IMG/VR virus record: IMGVR_UViG_3300032303_001047
Coordinates: 1-27,682 of that record
DNA: 27,682 bases
Strand: one strand, 5' to 3'
Source of the DNA: a virus
Lineage: Duplodnaviria; Caudoviricetes
Part shown: in pieces, positions 15,595-23,977 of the stretch
How positions within the stretch are numbered: the first letter of the stretch is position 1
Layout: the number at the start of each line of letters is the position of its first letter
Notes under the pieces: model-generated
The model's input: the letters and a program-made list of their open reading frames with translations, nothing else
Databases searched by the model: none
What the model was told of the DNA's origin: nothing
Program-made: the position numbers and the translations under genes

Positions 15595-15807
15595 ATGAGC
15601 TTGAGGTATCCTGCCAAAGATTTGAATAAGCCTAGTATTATGTTGTTGAGGTCATTGGCGTTGGAGTTGGGTGAGATGCCAGAGAGGGGGAGTGGTGGGT
15701 ATGGTGGGATTAGGTTGGAGAGGGAGAGGTTGAGCAAGATTTTGAAAGAGCATATAAATGATGCTAGACTTTCTGATTGGGATAGGGATATGATACGGGG
15801 ACTATGA
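15595..15807 (+). CDS. hypothetical protein
   Basis: ORF after promoter; ATGA overlap. Confidence 0.55.
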   Translation: MSLRYPAKDLNKPSIMLLRSLALELGEMPERGSGGYGGIRLERERLSKILKEHINDARLSDWDRDMIRGL

Positions 15808-16166
15808 AAGCAGGAGAACTACTTATTACATTATTGAATGCGGCAACGATTGGTCATGTATTGCACTTGAGGAGTCGGAGTTATTCGGAGCATAAGGCTT
15901 TGCAGGGATTTTACCAAGGGTTGCCAGACTTGGTTGATAGTGTGATTGAGGCGTGGCAGGGAAGGAATGGAGAGTTGGTGGAGTATCCTGACCAGATGGT
16001 TGATTTGAGCGAGCATGATGATGCATTGGTGTATGTGATGTATTTGAAGATGTTGCTGGAGGAGGAGAGGGGAGTATTGGGGGGTGCTAGTGAGATCCAG
16101 AATTTGGTTGATGGGATAGCGGAGTTGATTGATTCAACGCTTTACAAGCTGACGTTCCTCAAGTAG
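15804..16166 (+). CDS. ferritin/Dps-like four-helix protein (DUF5856-like)
   Basis: HVLHL...SYSEHKAL..FY..L.DLVD..IEAWQG ... IQN..D.I..LI.STLYKL.FL. Confidence 0.8.
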   Translation: MKAGELLITLLNAATIGHVLHLRSRSYSEHKALQGFYQGLPDLVDSVIEAWQGRNGELVEYPDQMVDLSEHDDALVYVMYLKMLLEEERGVLGGASEIQNLVDGIAELIDSTLYKLTFLK

Positions 16167-16287
16167 TTTTTTGTTGTCTCCCATCAAAGAGGGGGATTGT
16201 ATCAACTTATAGCGTTATGCGTAGCCGATCTGGCTGTTGATAGAATCTAGCGACCTGTTATGGGAGGCACAATTTTACAACCACGCA

Positions 16288-16491
16288 ATGATCCATCAGT
16301 TTTATAATCCAATGCCTGTGGTAACACCTATGGGTGATGGGTATGTTATTTATGTGGAGAGTGGGGGGATGTTTGAGAATGATGTATGGACTGTTTGCTT
16401 GAGCAAGGATGGCTCTATAAAGCACTTTAACAGCAGTCAGGTGAGGATGTGGCAGAATGCTACATTTGGGATAGAAAAGGGGGATGAGTGA
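16288..16491 (+). CDS. hypothetical phage protein (MIHQFYNPMPVVTPMGDG...)
   Basis: AACCACGCA leader directly before the ATG; beta-rich sequence. Confidence 0.65.
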   Translation: MIHQFYNPMPVVTPMGDGYVIYVESGGMFENDVWTVCLSKDGSIKHFNSSQVRMWQNATFGIEKGDE

Positions 16492-16657
16492 TTGGATTAG
16501 ATTTTTTACACTTGCCGAGTTTATCGTTCATGATAAGTACAGCGTTCACGATTGCGTAAACATCCTGTCCTTCTGAAAAGGACAATGTTCATTATAACTG
16601 TCCTTATACGGAGGATGGGTAGATATATGAAACTTTTTATGGCTACCCCTCATAATA

Positions 16658-16686
16658 TTGACATCTCCCCAAATGTTGTGTAACCT
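16658..16686 (+). promoter_or_regulatory. promoter TTGACA-N17-TAACCT
   Basis: Consensus spacing; 8 nt before the HNH-AP2 ATG. Confidence 0.55.
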
Positions 16687-16694
16687 ATATTGAT

Positions 16695-17201
16695 ATGAAA
16701 AAATCGTATCCTATCCTTAATTACGTTTCAATCTCTGAAATTCTAAATTATGATCCATTTACTGGTGAAATAACTTGGAAAGTTAAAAGAGCAAATAATA
16801 TTTCAATAGGTCAAGTTGCTGGTGTTATAGATAAAAACGGATACAGAAGGATTAAAATAAGACCAAAGCTATATCTAGCTCATCGCATAGCTTGGTTATT
16901 GCATTACAAAGAATGGCCCAAAAATTTAATTGATCATATTAACATGAACCGTGATGACAATAGAATTGAAAATTTAAGAGAGGCTACTAAATCTCAAAAC
17001 ATGATGAACACAAAAAAATATCAGACTAATACATCTGGTATAAAAGGCGTTAGTTGGCATAAAAGAGATAAAGTATATCGTGCTGATATTACCATCATGG
17101 GAAAACATATAACTGTAGGAAGATTTGAAACAAAAGAAGAAGCTGAAAAAGCAATCATAAAAAAACGATTAGAAATTCACGGAGAATATTCTAATCAATA
17201 A
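16695..17201 (+). CDS. HNH endonuclease with C-terminal AP2 DNA-binding domain
   Basis: YDPFTG, AHRIAW, IDHINMNRDDNRIENLREAT..QN, NTSGIKGVSW, GRFETKEEA. Confidence 0.92.
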   Translation: MKKSYPILNYVSISEILNYDPFTGEITWKVKRANNISIGQVAGVIDKNGYRRIKIRPKLYLAHRIAWLLHYKEWPKNLIDHINMNRDDNRIENLREATKSQNMMNTKKYQTNTSGIKGVSWHKRDKVYRADITIMGKHITVGRFETKEEAEKAIIKKRLEIHGEYSNQ

Positions 17202-17204
17202 AAA

Positions 17205-17275
17205 CTGCCTTGCTAGGACTCGAACCTAGACAAGATCCTCCAAAGGGATCGGTGCTACCATTACACCACAAGGCA
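17205..17275 (-). tRNA. tRNA-Gln (UUG), CCA not encoded
   Basis: Full cloverleaf: TGCCTTG/CAAGGCA acceptor, GTGT/GCAC D-stem, GATCC-CT-TTG-GA-GGATC anticodon arm, CTAGG-TTCGAGT-CCTAG T-arm. Confidence 0.93.
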
Positions 17276-17277
17276 AT

Positions 17278-17303
17278 CTGTGCTACCGTTACACCAAAGG
17301 GTA
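17278..17303 (-). pseudogene. 5' remnant of a second tRNA (acceptor 5' strand + D-arm)
   Basis: TACCCTT-TGGTGTAACGGTAGCAC parallels TGCCTTG-TGGTGTAATGGTAGCAC of the adjacent tRNA. Confidence 0.7.
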
Positions 17304-17350
17304 AAATTAGGCTTTAATAAGAAATATCGTTATTAAAGTTTGAGTATAGT

Positions 17351-17575
17351 CTAACTCTTGCGTGGTCTTCCTCTCCCTTTTGGGACATTCTCTCTCTGGC
17401 TCCATGCTACACGCCCATAAATGGTCTTGGAAGCAGTTTCTTCATCTAGGTTGAGGACATAGTGCTTTAGCATCATTGCCTTGTCTGGGGTCAATTTAGC
17501 GATGAGGTGGCTATATTCCTCGCCCTTCATAGCTAGGACAATCGCCTCCAAGTATGTAGACTCTTGTGTATTCAT
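17351..17575 (-). CDS. small protein with C-terminal AT-hook
   Basis: Ends in PKGRGRPRKS. Confidence 0.65.
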   Translation of the reverse strand: MNTQESTYLEAIVLAMKGEEYSHLIAKLTPDKAMMLKHYVLNLDEETASKTIYGRVAWSQRENVPKGRGRPRKS

Positions 17576-17626
17576 TTATAAAAAAGGTATTGACAGAAAT
17601 AAAAAAAACCTTAAAAGGGAGAACGT

Positions 17627-17827
17627 ATGAATACCATACTACACAAACTCAATCCACTTGAGAAGACTTGCGACGAGTGCGGAGGTACTGGTCGTGATTT
17701 TTATGATGATGGACAGGGGGAGCCTTGCTGGAAATGCCAAGGTACAGGTCATGTCGCTACTGAAGACGGCAAGGCTATTCTCCAACTGCTTGCACATCAC
17801 CAAGGGGCATTGCTTCAATTTGCTTAA
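17627..17827 (+). CDS. anti-TRAP (RtpA)-like DnaJ-type zinc-finger protein
   Basis: LEKTCDECGGTG...GEPCWKCQGTG...TEDGKAILQLL..H has the same layout as B. subtilis AT. Confidence 0.65.
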   Translation: MNTILHKLNPLEKTCDECGGTGRDFYDDGQGEPCWKCQGTGHVATEDGKAILQLLAHHQGALLQFA

Positions 17828-18182
17828 TCGCCTCTAGGAAGCGGCGCATTAGGTAGCCTACGAAATACGCGAGTGTTTCGTCTTGGCCTTTCTTTTCCCT
17901 AACTCCTTTGTCGAGGAGGATGTGATTGGCTATGTGGACGCATTCATGTGAAAGAAAAGCTATTTTCTCTACACTTGTCTCCCATTCACGCATAAAAATA
18001 ATCCTTTTGTTTCCACAATAGGAAACCATGTCGCCATCTACAAGTTGGGGAAAGTCTTCTGGATCACTCTTTGGAAACTTTTCTTTATACCAATCTTCTG
18101 CCTGTTGTTGGTTGACAGGCCAGACAAGTAGGCAATGATCATCCCAAAAGTCTATATCAAGATAAAATTCGTGTGGTTTCAT
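17775..18182 (-). CDS. zincin-like HExxH metalloprotein
   Basis: LSHECVHIA...DETLAYFVGYL; start MKPHEF at 18182. Confidence 0.7.
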   Translation of the reverse strand: MKPHEFYLDIDFWDDHCLLVWPVNQQQAEDWYKEKFPKSDPEDFPQLVDGDMVSYCGNKRIIFMREWETSVEKIAFLSHECVHIANHILLDKGVREKKGQDETLAYFVGYLMRRFLEAIKQIEAMPLGDVQAVGE

Positions 18183-18454
18183 TTGACGGATTTGTAGTAG
18201 GGAGTTGGGTAAATCTTCTTTCCTGTAAAAACACGGAATTTCTTTTCTTGAAGGATGCCAGCTTTTACAGCTTCTCTTATATTCCTGCCTGTTTGGGATG
18301 ATTCTAAATGCCAGAGCTTTTGAAGGTAATCTTTGTTTACCCAACCAAAAGGGATTTCATCTTCTTTAGTAGATACTTGTTTTTTGACTTCCATGAGGGA
18401 AGCCCGTAGTTCTGCCTCGCTAGGATTTAATCGGGGTTGTTTCGCGTGGTTCAT
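18179..18454 (-). CDS. hypothetical protein, possible winged HTH
   Basis: IPFGW...LQKLW....SQTGR.IREAVKAG.L. Confidence 0.55.
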   Translation of the reverse strand: MNHAKQPRLNPSEAELRASLMEVKKQVSTKEDEIPFGWVNKDYLQKLWHLESSQTGRNIREAVKAGILQEKKFRVFTGKKIYPTPYYKSVK

Positions 18455-19223
18455 ATTGGATAATTTTTGCTGAAGGTAATTCTCCGTGGTCGCAACCTCT
18501 CCAATCTAGGATTCCAAAACCGGGACGGCAAATAGAATCTCCAACTACTTTATGGGCATATCTGGTAAGCATCTGCCAAGCAGGAGTTACCATGAAAATC
18601 CCACACCCATCGTTGAATATTCCTGCTGTGTGTCGATGGCCTCGTAGATATATTTTTGGAACCTTATGACCAACACGGGAGTAATTCTGTCTGGCATTAC
18701 CCATTGTGATGCTCATAGCACCAGCTTCAAGGTATGCCCTAGCTGATGTAGGCATATGGTGGGCTATGTCGATAAGGGTTCCATTGATTTCAATAAGACC
18801 CTTGTCACCAAGCCAAGTAGCACCAATTTCTTTGGCTATCATCTTTTCCCAATCTCCCACATGGCATTCTGTTCCTGCCGTCATGTAGGTTTTGGTAGCA
18901 ATCTTTGACAATGGCTTGAGGCATTCAATTGCCGCAAGCGTATGGTCAAAATTAAGAGCCGCTACAATTTCGCTTGTTCCGTGATGGCGACCCTCTATGC
19001 AGTCACCATTGACAAACAAAACAAAGGGATCGTTTTTGAAATGGGCTTTGATCTTGGGGATGATTTCATTCCAGCATTGCCATAGCCATAACTGGTGAAG
19101 GTTGTTTCCAAGGCCAATTTTATTTCCTGTTGATGTGATATGGTTGTCAGGCCACAAACCAACAGAGCTTCCACAATGGAGATCGGAGACAATGACTGCC
19201 CCGACAGGTTTATTTTTAGTCAT
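18420..19223 (-). CDS. calcineurin-like metallophosphoesterase
   Basis: SDLHCG, NGDCIEG, AGTECH, IAHH, RGHRH motifs. Confidence 0.85.
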   Translation of the reverse strand: MTKNKPVGAVIVSDLHCGSSVGLWPDNHITSTGNKIGLGNNLHQLWLWQCWNEIIPKIKAHFKNDPFVLFVNGDCIEGRHHGTSEIVAALNFDHTLAAIECLKPLSKIATKTYMTAGTECHVGDWEKMIAKEIGATWLGDKGLIEINGTLIDIAHHMPTSARAYLEAGAMSITMGNARQNYSRVGHKVPKIYLRGHRHTAGIFNDGCGIFMVTPAWQMLTRYAHKVVGDSICRPGFGILDWRGCDHGELPSAKIIQYEPRETTPIKS

Positions 19224-19533
19224 GTGATTGGTGCGGCAAAGATTGCGGGGGGCAATCAGAGCATAGATTTTTCAAGAGGGTAGCCGCATCCCTTAAAGAT
19301 ACTTCTTCATCTTCCATCATTTTTGCTAGAAGTTGCATGAGCTTGATTCGCTCTGAAAGATGATGGAGATAGCTGATAAGGTCGAGCTGTTCGTCACGGA
19401 GGTTCTTGGCATACCAACCAGCACCAGCAGTCCAGAATTGGGTTTTATGTTCCTTGCTACCAGCAAGGTATTTATTCATTCCAGCAGTTCCCGCTTTAGA
19501 CCAAATATCAAAAGCATCTTGCTCTGGATTCAT
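19216..19533 (-). CDS. phage protein, possibly all-alpha NTP-pyrophosphatase-like
   Basis: G.NKY..G..EH...W...LRDEQLDLISYL; upstream ATG at 19620 is an alternative start. Confidence 0.55.
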   Translation of the reverse strand: MNPEQDAFDIWSKAGTAGMNKYLAGSKEHKTQFWTAGAGWYAKNLRDEQLDLISYLHHLSERIKLMQLLAKMMEDEEVSLRDAATLLKNLCSDCPPQSLPHQSHD

Positions 19534-19534
19534 A

Positions 19535-19654
19535 TTAAAGTTTTCTAGCTTTACGTTTGGTTTTTGTTTTTGGCTTTTGAATGAAGCCGTAAGAAACTCT
19601 AGCAGGACGAAGAGTGGCATTGGGTTTTGTAGATTGCGTGGTTGCTGATTTCAT
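19535..19654 (-). CDS. basic microprotein (MKSATTQSTKPNATLRPARVSYGFIQKPKTKTKRKARKL)
   Basis: Translated manually; TAATG coupling with upstream gene. Confidence 0.45.
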   Translation of the reverse strand: MKSATTQSTKPNATLRPARVSYGFIQKPKTKTKRKARKL

Positions 19655-19839
19655 TACTTGCTCTTACGGCCTGTGTGCTTCCACTTTGCGGCATTGGCGG
19701 CAAAGGTTGCCATCTTTCGCACAGCAGGAGACTTGGAATGCTTTAGCTCGGTTGTGGTTTTGCCTGTCTTTTTCTTGATCGCGGTGAAACGACCCTTGTG
19801 ACTTTCCTTGATATGGATACCGCTTTTTTTGGTTGGCAT
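19654..19839 (-). CDS. small basic phage protein (IHIK.SHKGRFT...RKMATFAANAAKWKH)
   Basis: Recognisable motif; Lys-rich. Confidence 0.7.
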   Translation of the reverse strand: MPTKKSGIHIKESHKGRFTAIKKKTGKTTTELKHSKSPAVRKMATFAANAAKWKHTGRKSK

Positions 19840-19850
19840 AGTATTTAGGA

Positions 19851-20021
19851 TTACGTTTTTGCTTTGATGAATCTATTCCAAATCCGAGGAGGACGGAAGT
19901 GACCCGCTACGTTGCATACGATGCATGGTTGGGTATTGCAAGCCCTTAATTCATTCCAGCAAAAAGGGCAACATCCCATCAGATAAGCCGCTAACCCCCC
20001 TATGATTTTGAAGGGTTTCAT
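19851..20021 (-). CDS. Cys-rich microprotein (MKPFKIIGGLAAYLMGCCPFCWNELRACNTQPCIVC...)
   Basis: Translated manually, 56 aa; two CxxC pairs; fills the gap. Confidence 0.5.
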   Translation of the reverse strand: MKPFKIIGGLAAYLMGCCPFCWNELRACNTQPCIVCNVAGHFRPPRIWNRFIKAKT

Positions 20022-20030
20022 TAAAAACAA

Positions 20031-20225
20031 TTAAACTCTGGTTTGGATAAGAATAGAACCTTGAGTATTGTCTTGGATAAAAATCTCAATTTGAGAAACT
20101 TGATCCCAAGCTGTTCCAGCAGGAATATCAATTACTGATGAAAGTGCGGTGATCAAATCAGAAATATTACTTTGATCAAGAACAGCATTGTTGTTGTTTG
20201 AATTTTCGGAAACGATAATAGCCAT
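20031..20225 (-). CDS. hypothetical acidic protein
   Basis: 64-aa ORF; A/C-rich leader. Confidence 0.55.
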   Translation of the reverse strand: MAIIVSENSNNNNAVLDQSNISDLITALSSVIDIPAGTAWDQVSQIEIFIQDNTQGSILIQTRV

Positions 20226-20242
20226 AATTTTTGTTGTTGGTG

Positions 20243-21217
20243 TTAAAAATCTAAATGCATGACTATACAGGATATGTCTGCACCAGATTTATCTGCTTCA
20301 TCAATGTCACAGAAAACAATGGAATAACCTAGTTTATCCATTGTGGTCAACATCCATTCCATACTTTTTTGGTACTTTTTTTCCTCTGGGAAGAACATGC
20401 CAGAAAGGATAATCTTCTTGTTGCCGGGAATTTTAACACAATTTGTAGCACCCGTGGACATAACATCATTTGGAACCTCAATAATGTTGGCTACTTTCTC
20501 AAGACGCTTGAACGATTCCTTGTCCATGCCACCCCTGCATACCATGAAGTTTTTTTCATCAATCACGAAAAGAGAACAGTCAAGGTGATACAGGGAGTCT
20601 GAAATTTCACGGATGGGTATAATCTCAACCCCTGCTTTTTTGGAAATCCATTCATGGGCTTTCCAATCAGAGAACTTTCCATGACCACCAAAATAAACAC
20701 CATCTTTCCATTTTTTAAGATCAGCTTCTCCTTCAAAAGCATGGGGGGGTTGAACAACTGTATATCCTCTTCTTTCAAAAAACTTCTTGGCAGGAGCTTC
20801 TTCTATAGTTCTCCCTGCGGCACTCATCTTTGCAAGAACTATAAAAGGATTAAGCGATATTCCAATGTTTGCAGTATAGTGTTGATCTTGTGCGCCTTTG
20901 ATTGGAGGTATTTCCAAAACAGCCACATCGAGTGCCGTCATCAATCTTTTTATCCTATCATACTGACGCATTGCCCTTTCGGTATCAACCTTTTGGCTAC
21001 GCATGAAAACATTGTTGGGTATGCGTGTAGAAAGATATTTTGGAGGGCACATCACAAATTGTGGCTTCCTTTTGTATAACTCACCAGAGGTATGGTTTGG
21101 TGCTATACCAGAATGTGTACTTTTTATAAGGCTAGAAACAGATGAATCAGTCCTTTTGTGAAGGACAGAAGGAATCATTGAACCGTTTCGGAAATCTTGT
21201 GTGCTGAACCTAGCCAT
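20243..21217 (-). CDS. pentein-superfamily amidinotransferase / arginine (di)hydrolase (ArgZ N-terminal / DDAH-like)
   Basis: MCPP, DQHYTANIG, R..EE, FEGEAD, YHLDC, C-terminal GADISC with the catalytic Cys. Confidence 0.88.
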   Translation of the reverse strand: MARFSTQDFRNGSMIPSVLHKRTDSSVSSLIKSTHSGIAPNHTSGELYKRKPQFVMCPPKYLSTRIPNNVFMRSQKVDTERAMRQYDRIKRLMTALDVAVLEIPPIKGAQDQHYTANIGISLNPFIVLAKMSAAGRTIEEAPAKKFFERRGYTVVQPPHAFEGEADLKKWKDGVYFGGHGKFSDWKAHEWISKKAGVEIIPIREISDSLYHLDCSLFVIDEKNFMVCRGGMDKESFKRLEKVANIIEVPNDVMSTGATNCVKIPGNKKIILSGMFFPEEKKYQKSMEWMLTTMDKLGYSIVFCDIDEADKSGADISCIVMHLDF

Positions 21218-21226
21218 ATTGTTAAA

Positions 21227-21255
21227 AGTATGCTTGTGGTTAAGAGTTGCGTCAA
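21227..21255 (-). promoter_or_regulatory. promoter TTGACG-N17-CATACT for the pentein operon
   Basis: Consensus spacing; 9 nt before the ATG. Confidence 0.5.
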
Positions 21256-21335
21256 TTCTAACTTTCTGTTATAAAAAACAAAGCTGGCGAGAATTGCGTT
21301 CTCAACCAGCTTTTAACCTCAACCATAATGCGTCT

Positions 21336-21875
21336 ATGAATGAAGCTGATGTAAATGTATTCCATTGTGATAATGGATCGCAAGCTCAATGTTTGCACAA
21401 AAAATTGTTGATAAAGTTTTGGAAATATTTCCTTGAAGATAAATCTGTCAAAGGGCCAAACAAAATCAAAAGGGAAGCATTGAAGGGAAACTTTAATGGC
21501 GGTTTAAAAAGCAAAGAAGAAAGACTTTATGTTTTAATCGACTACGCAAAAATCGTTATTGGTTGGAAAACTGATCCATCGAAAAAACGAACACAATTTA
21601 ACCAGATCAAAAAAACACTTCACAGAGTAGAGTTAAAAATAAACACCAAGTGTTTTGTTTGTCTTGGTCAGGCTCATTGCCGTCATCACATCATTCAGCT
21701 TAAACATGGTGGATTAAACCAAAAGAAGAATATCGTCAGTCTTTGCTCTAGTTGCCATGCTGAAATACACCCATGGCTAAAAAGTCCAACAAACCCCCCT
21801 ACCCCCCAGAAAAGATTTGCTGGCGAAAAATCGCTACCCTCAACAATAGCCGAAGGCAGAACATTTTTCTCCTAG
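21336..21875 (+). CDS. HNH endonuclease (Zn-binding CxxC...HH...CxxCH type)
   Basis: CFVC...HHIIQLKHGGLNQKKNIVSLCSSCHAEIH. Confidence 0.8.
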   Translation: MNEADVNVFHCDNGSQAQCLHKKLLIKFWKYFLEDKSVKGPNKIKREALKGNFNGGLKSKEERLYVLIDYAKIVIGWKTDPSKKRTQFNQIKKTLHRVELKINTKCFVCLGQAHCRHHIIQLKHGGLNQKKNIVSLCSSCHAEIHPWLKSPTNPPTPQKRFAGEKSLPSTIAEGRTFFS

Positions 21876-21996
21876 CAGACGGGGATAGCGTTTTGGTTCG
21901 CTACCGCCGTTTTCTTGGCCTACATGGGACGCATTCATGCTTGGCCTCAATCTTGAGATGATTGAAATTTTCATTAACCTCCATCATTGTCAAGCA

Positions 21997-23925
21997 TCAA
22001 AATCCATCGGGATCAACACCGCTACCGCCATACCCCCAATCTTGTTCATCCTCTACTTCATTCCCCACACCTTTTTCAGCATAAACCAATTTCTCCTCCC
22101 AATCACGGATCTCTAGAATATCCAAGGATTCCGTTTCTTCCTCAAAAGTAAACTCTAGTCCCGCCTTGCGGAGCATCTGCACGGCATAGGTTAAAGAGTC
22201 AGCCAAATCGGGTGACTTCTTGATGCGCTGTTTCATATCCAGCTTCTTTTCAACGGCAACCTTCCTGCCCTTATGTGTATAAAGCCTACTGCAAAGTTCG
22301 TTTACCATTAAGCTGTGTTTTTCCACATCAATTCCAACTAAACTTCTTGTTGACATAGCCGTATGGACTGCAAACCAGTACTCCGTAACCAAACGATCAT
22401 AGGCTTCCTTGCAAGTACGTTTATCAATATTGCTGATTTTTCGTTCAGTCGGCATTCCCATAGAAGAGATAGGGAATACAAACATAGCCTCTGGATGGAA
22501 TTTACTCCATTCGATGATGATTGCCCTCATCATCTTGCCGCCATCACCAGATATATCCAATCCAAAGTCTCTTGGGTGGACTCCATACTCCAAACAATCC
22601 TTAACCAACTGCATTGCAATGCTTTCTTCAAAAACATCGCCCACAGATGAGCTATATTCTCTTGTGCCAAGGTAAAAACCAACCCTTCTACCAGTATCAT
22701 TCGGCCCATATCGGCAAAATGTAGCGGCACATCTATCTCCACCAGCAGTAAAAGCAGGGTCAAAGCCGCAAACAACCTTGGTTCTATCGCTCCAAGTGGG
22801 TTCCCAAGCAATATCGCAGGCTTGGATGAACTGTTTTGAGAAAATTGTGAGTTCTACAGAGGAATCGGGCCACCATCCATACACATTTCGCCAGTATTCT
22901 AGGGCATTCTTATTACCATAACACCGCTTTAGGGTAGCCGCCTCTCCTTGGATTGTAAGAAACCTATCAAATGGAGGTATTTCGGCATCTGGTAACTTAA
23001 AATTAGGGCTTTCTTCTCCAGAGAGGTGCAAGGCAACCCCTGTTCGGGTTTTCCATTTATGAGTATAGCGGTTTACAGCATCCCATTCCATAGGATCGTC
23101 TGGCTGGCACAACTCTGTATGGGGATTGTTGGAAGTATTGGAAGGATTTGCCATACCTCCAAATATGAAGTCAGGATTGGCTCCAAGGTTCACGCGAGTA
23201 TCAAGGGCATACAGATCCATTTCAGCCAACTCATCAAGAAATAGACGCATCCTAGCGTTCTTACGACCCCTTGTGTTCTCTACTGACCGCTTACCCTCGC
23301 CTCCACGGGGAAAGGCCAAGGCTTTTATAGCATTTGTGTAGTCTCTTTCAGCATCACGGGTATCAATTGACTCAAAAACAATCATCCTGCGGTACTCTAC
23401 AAGGTTGCCAATAGAAGTATCTTTGCCGTATTTAGCCTGTAAATTACGCATTGCGATACGATAAAGGGTACATACTTTACCCCACAATCGGTCTTCAGAA
23501 GCATCCAAAGAGGTAGAAGCAACGTAAGTTGAAGTGCAATCTGGGGCGCATAGCCAATCAATCACGATACAAGCCGCAACCGAAAAGGTTTTTCCGCTAC
23601 TAGCACACCCTGCAATACCCCAATCGTTCTCGTTGCAGAACAAATCTATGATATCTAGTGCATAATTATTTGGTATCCCTTGAGAATGGAGCAAAACATC
23701 ATTGCCATAAATCAATTGGAAGCAATTGATCATGTGCTGTGCAGGGCTTTTTAAGTCACAATCATCTAATTTGATTTTCCTTTTTATTCTTTCTCTCCTG
23801 CCAAATTCTCCACGAGTCAAACGATATGCCGTTAGTTCACGAATAAATTGTGGAACACTTTCCAAAAAAGAAAGCCCATATGTTGTGTCCTGTGGTGGTT
23901 GCAGACTCAATCCGTTGTATTCCAT
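21997..23925 (-). CDS. terL: terminase large subunit
   Basis: Walker A GCASSGKT, Walker B LFLDE, motif III GMANP, nuclease motifs GFDPA..GGD and KSPDLADSL; start MEYNG at 23925. Confidence 0.88.
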   Translation of the reverse strand: MEYNGLSLQPPQDTTYGLSFLESVPQFIRELTAYRLTRGEFGRRERIKRKIKLDDCDLKSPAQHMINCFQLIYGNDVLLHSQGIPNNYALDIIDLFCNENDWGIAGCASSGKTFSVAACIVIDWLCAPDCTSTYVASTSLDASEDRLWGKVCTLYRIAMRNLQAKYGKDTSIGNLVEYRRMIVFESIDTRDAERDYTNAIKALAFPRGGEGKRSVENTRGRKNARMRLFLDELAEMDLYALDTRVNLGANPDFIFGGMANPSNTSNNPHTELCQPDDPMEWDAVNRYTHKWKTRTGVALHLSGEESPNFKLPDAEIPPFDRFLTIQGEAATLKRCYGNKNALEYWRNVYGWWPDSSVELTIFSKQFIQACDIAWEPTWSDRTKVVCGFDPAFTAGGDRCAATFCRYGPNDTGRRVGFYLGTREYSSSVGDVFEESIAMQLVKDCLEYGVHPRDFGLDISGDGGKMMRAIIIEWSKFHPEAMFVFPISSMGMPTERKISNIDKRTCKEAYDRLVTEYWFAVHTAMSTRSLVGIDVEKHSLMVNELCSRLYTHKGRKVAVEKKLDMKQRIKKSPDLADSLTYAVQMLRKAGLEFTFEEETESLDILEIRDWEEKLVYAEKGVGNEVEDEQDWGYGGSGVDPDGF

Positions 23926-23977
23926 GTATAAAAATATTGACAAGTTTATATAAGAAAGGCAAGAAAGAGGTTCAACC

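Noticed and set aside
15297-15737. 146-aa minus-strand ORF
   Set aside because: Antisense to terS and the next gene; no recognisable motif
16492-16650. Intergenic stretch with hairpin TGTCCTT/AAGGACA (16566-16584) and a possible 30-aa ORF from 16484
   Set aside because: Single short hairpin with no second copy or motif; too weak to call
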